Both the position numbers and the translations under genes were made by a program. Shown here piece by piece: positions 60,955 to 64,000 of a stretch of 64,000 bases of DNA (positions are counted from its first letter, which is position 1; every line of letters begins with the position of its first letter). The notes below the pieces were generated by a model. The model saw only the letters and a list, made by a program, of their open reading frames with translations. It did not search any database and was not told the DNA's origin. Source of the DNA: Scyliorhinus canicula (Eukaryota); contig NC_052162.1 in the NCBI RefSeq assembly GCF_902713615.1, positions 104,187,811 through 104,251,810 of the forward strand, written 5' to 3'.

Positions 60955-61510
60955 GTTTTCACGTGTCATGAAGACCGCCTTGGAGAATGCTTACCCGGAG
61001 ATCAGAGGCTGAATGCCCTTGACTGCTGAAGTGTTCCCCGACTGGAAGGGAACCTTCCTGCCTGGTGATTGTCGCACGATGCCGTTCATTCGTTGTCGCA
61101 ATGTCTGCCTGGTCTCGCCAATGTACCATGCTTCTGGACATCTTTTCCTGCAGCGTATGAGGTAGACCACATTGGTCGAGTCACACGAGTATGTGCCGCG
61201 TACCTGGTGGTGTTTCCACGTGTAATGGTGATATCCATGTCGATGATCTGGCACGTGTTGCAGAGATTGCCCTGGCAGGGTTGTGTGGTGTCGTGGTCGC
61301 TGTTCTGAAGGCTGGGCAATGTGCTGCAAACAATGGTTTGTTTGAGGTTGGACGGTTGTTTGAAGACAAGTAGTGGGGGTGTGGGGACGACCTTGGCAAG
61401 ATGTTCATCTTCATTGATGATGTGTCGAAGGCTGCGAAGAAGATGTCTTAGTTTCTCCGCCCCAGGAAAGTACTGGACGACGAAGGGTACTCTGTCAGTT
61501 GTGTCCCGTT
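60955..61510 (-). mobile_element. Penelope-like element 3' fragment with GIY-YIG endonuclease (in the GPCR intron)
   Basis: VVQYFPGAEKLRH..PLLVFKQPSNLKQTIV, and VVYLIRC..WYIGETRQTLRQRMN. Confidence 0.8.
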
Positions 61511-62141
61511 CAGGTGCACACACACAGAATTCCGAATGTCCAATTCACCCTACAGCACGTCTTTCGGAAGTTGTTGGAGGAACCCCACGCAGACACGGGG
61601 AGAACCTGCAGACGACGCACTGAAAATGACCAACCACTGTGCTACCATGCCATGCACTGTGTTATTCTGCCGCACAGTGCCACTAACAAAGATGCATTAC
61701 ACTATTAGTAGGAAATATTATACCACTAACAGCGATAAGTTACGGTACTAACATAATAATATTATGCCACTAACACAGGAAAATACACTATTTTTACAGC
61801 GATATCATACTACTAGTAATATTCTAGTGGCACACCGCAAACATAAAGAAATAACCGTTTAAACTTATAACACTACCAACGTTAAATCATGACAGTGAAG
61901 CAAGCACAATATACAGATTAAATTGAGACTGTATGCACTTAAAATTAAGGAATATTGTTGAAGCGTCCAGTGAAATAACAGTTAAAAGAGAGAGACTAAC
62001 CTGTTAATGGAAATAATGACATAGATGAAATGGGAGAAAAAGCACTCTATAAGGTATCTGCATTGTGGAAATGTGATACCTTTAAGTGGTATATGTGATG
62101 CTACGTTTTCCCGTATCTAACAATTAAGTGGAATCGCTTAC

Positions 62142-62211
62142 CTGGAACCCCAATAGCTGCAAGGACTGGGTAATAAATGGCAACAAGCAGACCTTTTGGT
62201 AAACCGTGCAT
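62142..62211 (-). CDS. GPCR exon 1 (MHGLPKGLLVAIYYPVLAAIGVP)
   Basis: ATG at 62211, donor CCAG|GTAAGC at 62141. The phase-1 junction restores VP-A-NL in TM1. 70+908 = 978 nt = 325 aa. Confidence 0.85.
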
Positions 62212-64000
62212 TTCTACCAGAATCTCTGAATGCTTCCTGAACTACACTGAAGGATTTGCGCAGTTATACCTGATGCCATCCTCCAGGGAGACAATTAAGT
62301 GGCTTCACATTTTAGATTAATTGAAAAACAAAAGAACAGATTAGTTCCCCTGACACGGGACTGCTTTTTATGTGTTTGGGGGAATATTATGTTCATCAAG
62401 GGATCGGATGAAAAAATAACAGAGATTACAGTATGATCCTGAGGCCCCTTCTTGGTGATAGCGGAACGGCCTTGATTTGTGGGTTGAATCAAATGCATTT
62501 GACATTGACTGCTGTGAGAATTACCTCGTTCATTGGCTGCCTCCGGAACTTTCACATTTATCTGCAGCATGGCCAGGTACAAAAGGATTTGTGGAATGCG
62601 CAGCAAGGTAAAATTCCGGTGAAGCCCCCGCCAGTGCCCCTCCCTACTCCATGAGGTTACAAGCCACAAACTGCCATGGGTCAGTTTGAAGTTTGAAGGG
62701 AAGTGAACGTTTCAATCTTATTTAATTAATTGTAGCTACTTTTCAACTTTCTAAAACATTGAAATACCTGCAAAACTTAAATGTACTTTGAAATATATTA
62801 AAATTCTTATTAAAATACGGTTCGAAGTTTTTTCAACACGAAGTGCGAAAGTGAATGTTTCAAAGAGCAGAAACGAATTTTCAAACAGGGCAGGAGAATA
62901 TGCATGGACGCTACTAGATTACCATTTGACATTGAGTGCTAATATCCTTGGTGAACCTTAGAAGTTGAAATGTGATCATTTGAAACGGTAAATCTGCAGT
63001 ATTTTGACATTAGTTCATGGATGTGGCCGTCGCTGCCTGGGCGAGAAAGCATAAACAGCATTGCTTATCCTTCGTTGCCCTTGAACGGCTCCCTGAGCCA
63101 TTTAAGAAGGAGTTTAAGAGTCAAGTATATTGCTGTGGGGGAAGAATCCCTTGTCGGTCAGGATAGCGCAGAATGTGGGTTTTTACGAAAATGGTTTTGT
63201 CACCATCATTAGGCTTTTAATTCGATTTTCACCATCTGCCATGGTGGCAATTCTAACCCGGTTCGTCAGTGGATTAACTCCGGTTTCCAGATTACTGGTC
63301 CAGAGACAGTACCACTGAACCATTGCCTTCCCTTGAATCTAAACCGTATTATCATTCTGCGATTCCGTCAGCAAATCAGCCACAATCCTGAGACCTTCCG
63401 TTCCAAACCTTCACTTTTTTCAAAAAGTAATAATCGCATTGAACGCTGAGGAGAGATCATTTCTTTTAAACTTCCATTTAGTTCTACTCTTCGGCACTTG
63501 AGACTCTTTGGTAACTTTCATTGACGCATACGAAATGTGCGAGTGGATTTCTTTAGTTTATAGCTGCTCACTGGGTACATTTTGCATACAGGAAGCAACA
63601 AATAACTACCTGCGTTAAATTTCTTGAACATATATACATTACTTAGTTCATTCTGTTTCTAAGATGCATATTAAAACAGCTATACAATGGTCTTTGAAAC
63701 CGAGATTGCAACATATTTTCCACATTTTAACTAGTTTTCTTTTGTTCCAAACAACACTGGAAATATATTATTGAATTGGTGCAAACTGCAGAAGCAACAA
63801 AGCTTTCAGCATAACCAATATGTAGGTTACTGGCGATGCGTTCTGAATTATGTTTGGGAATCTGAGCAGACGTTTAGCCTGATGATATCATTTCTAAGTC
63901 CGCCAAATGTATCGCAAAGTCTGGGCCAAATGTCAATTAACGCTCCCCATTGCTTTACATAACCTCGAGAGGAGCGATCTTCGAAGGCAAACATTCTTGT

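Overview
Vertebrate genomic DNA from a cartilaginous fish. It is most likely a shark; a catshark-like species is only a guess from the HE1-type SINE and CR1 landscape. The centrepiece is one complete immunoglobulin heavy-chain gene on the + strand (17491-44023): leader, a single pre-joined VDJ exon with no RSS or separate D/J segments, four IgM-type constant exons, TM1 and TM2. All junctions are GT-AG and in phase, giving an open 595-aa membrane form. Three things are atypical. (1) The leader and V look IgW-like, whereas the J and constant exons are IgM-like. (2) The secretory tailpiece is destroyed by a stop and a frameshift, while its polyA signals remain, predicting a 554-aa tailless secreted form. 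(3) The TM and cytoplasmic tail deviate from the conserved BCR motif. A convergent, intact two-exon orphan GPCR (GPR139/142-like, 325 aa) lies at 58911-62211 on the - strand. The rest is mostly CR1 LINEs, tRNA-derived SINEs, a Rex1/Babar-like LINE, a degenerate Harbinger transposon, a solo LTR, Penelope fragments and a ~51-bp tandem array. A 2.77-kb insertion carrying a tRNA-Glu pseudogene sits in the J-C intron. Family assignments come from recalled motifs and were not confirmed by any database search. TE boundaries are approximate unless a TSD is quoted.
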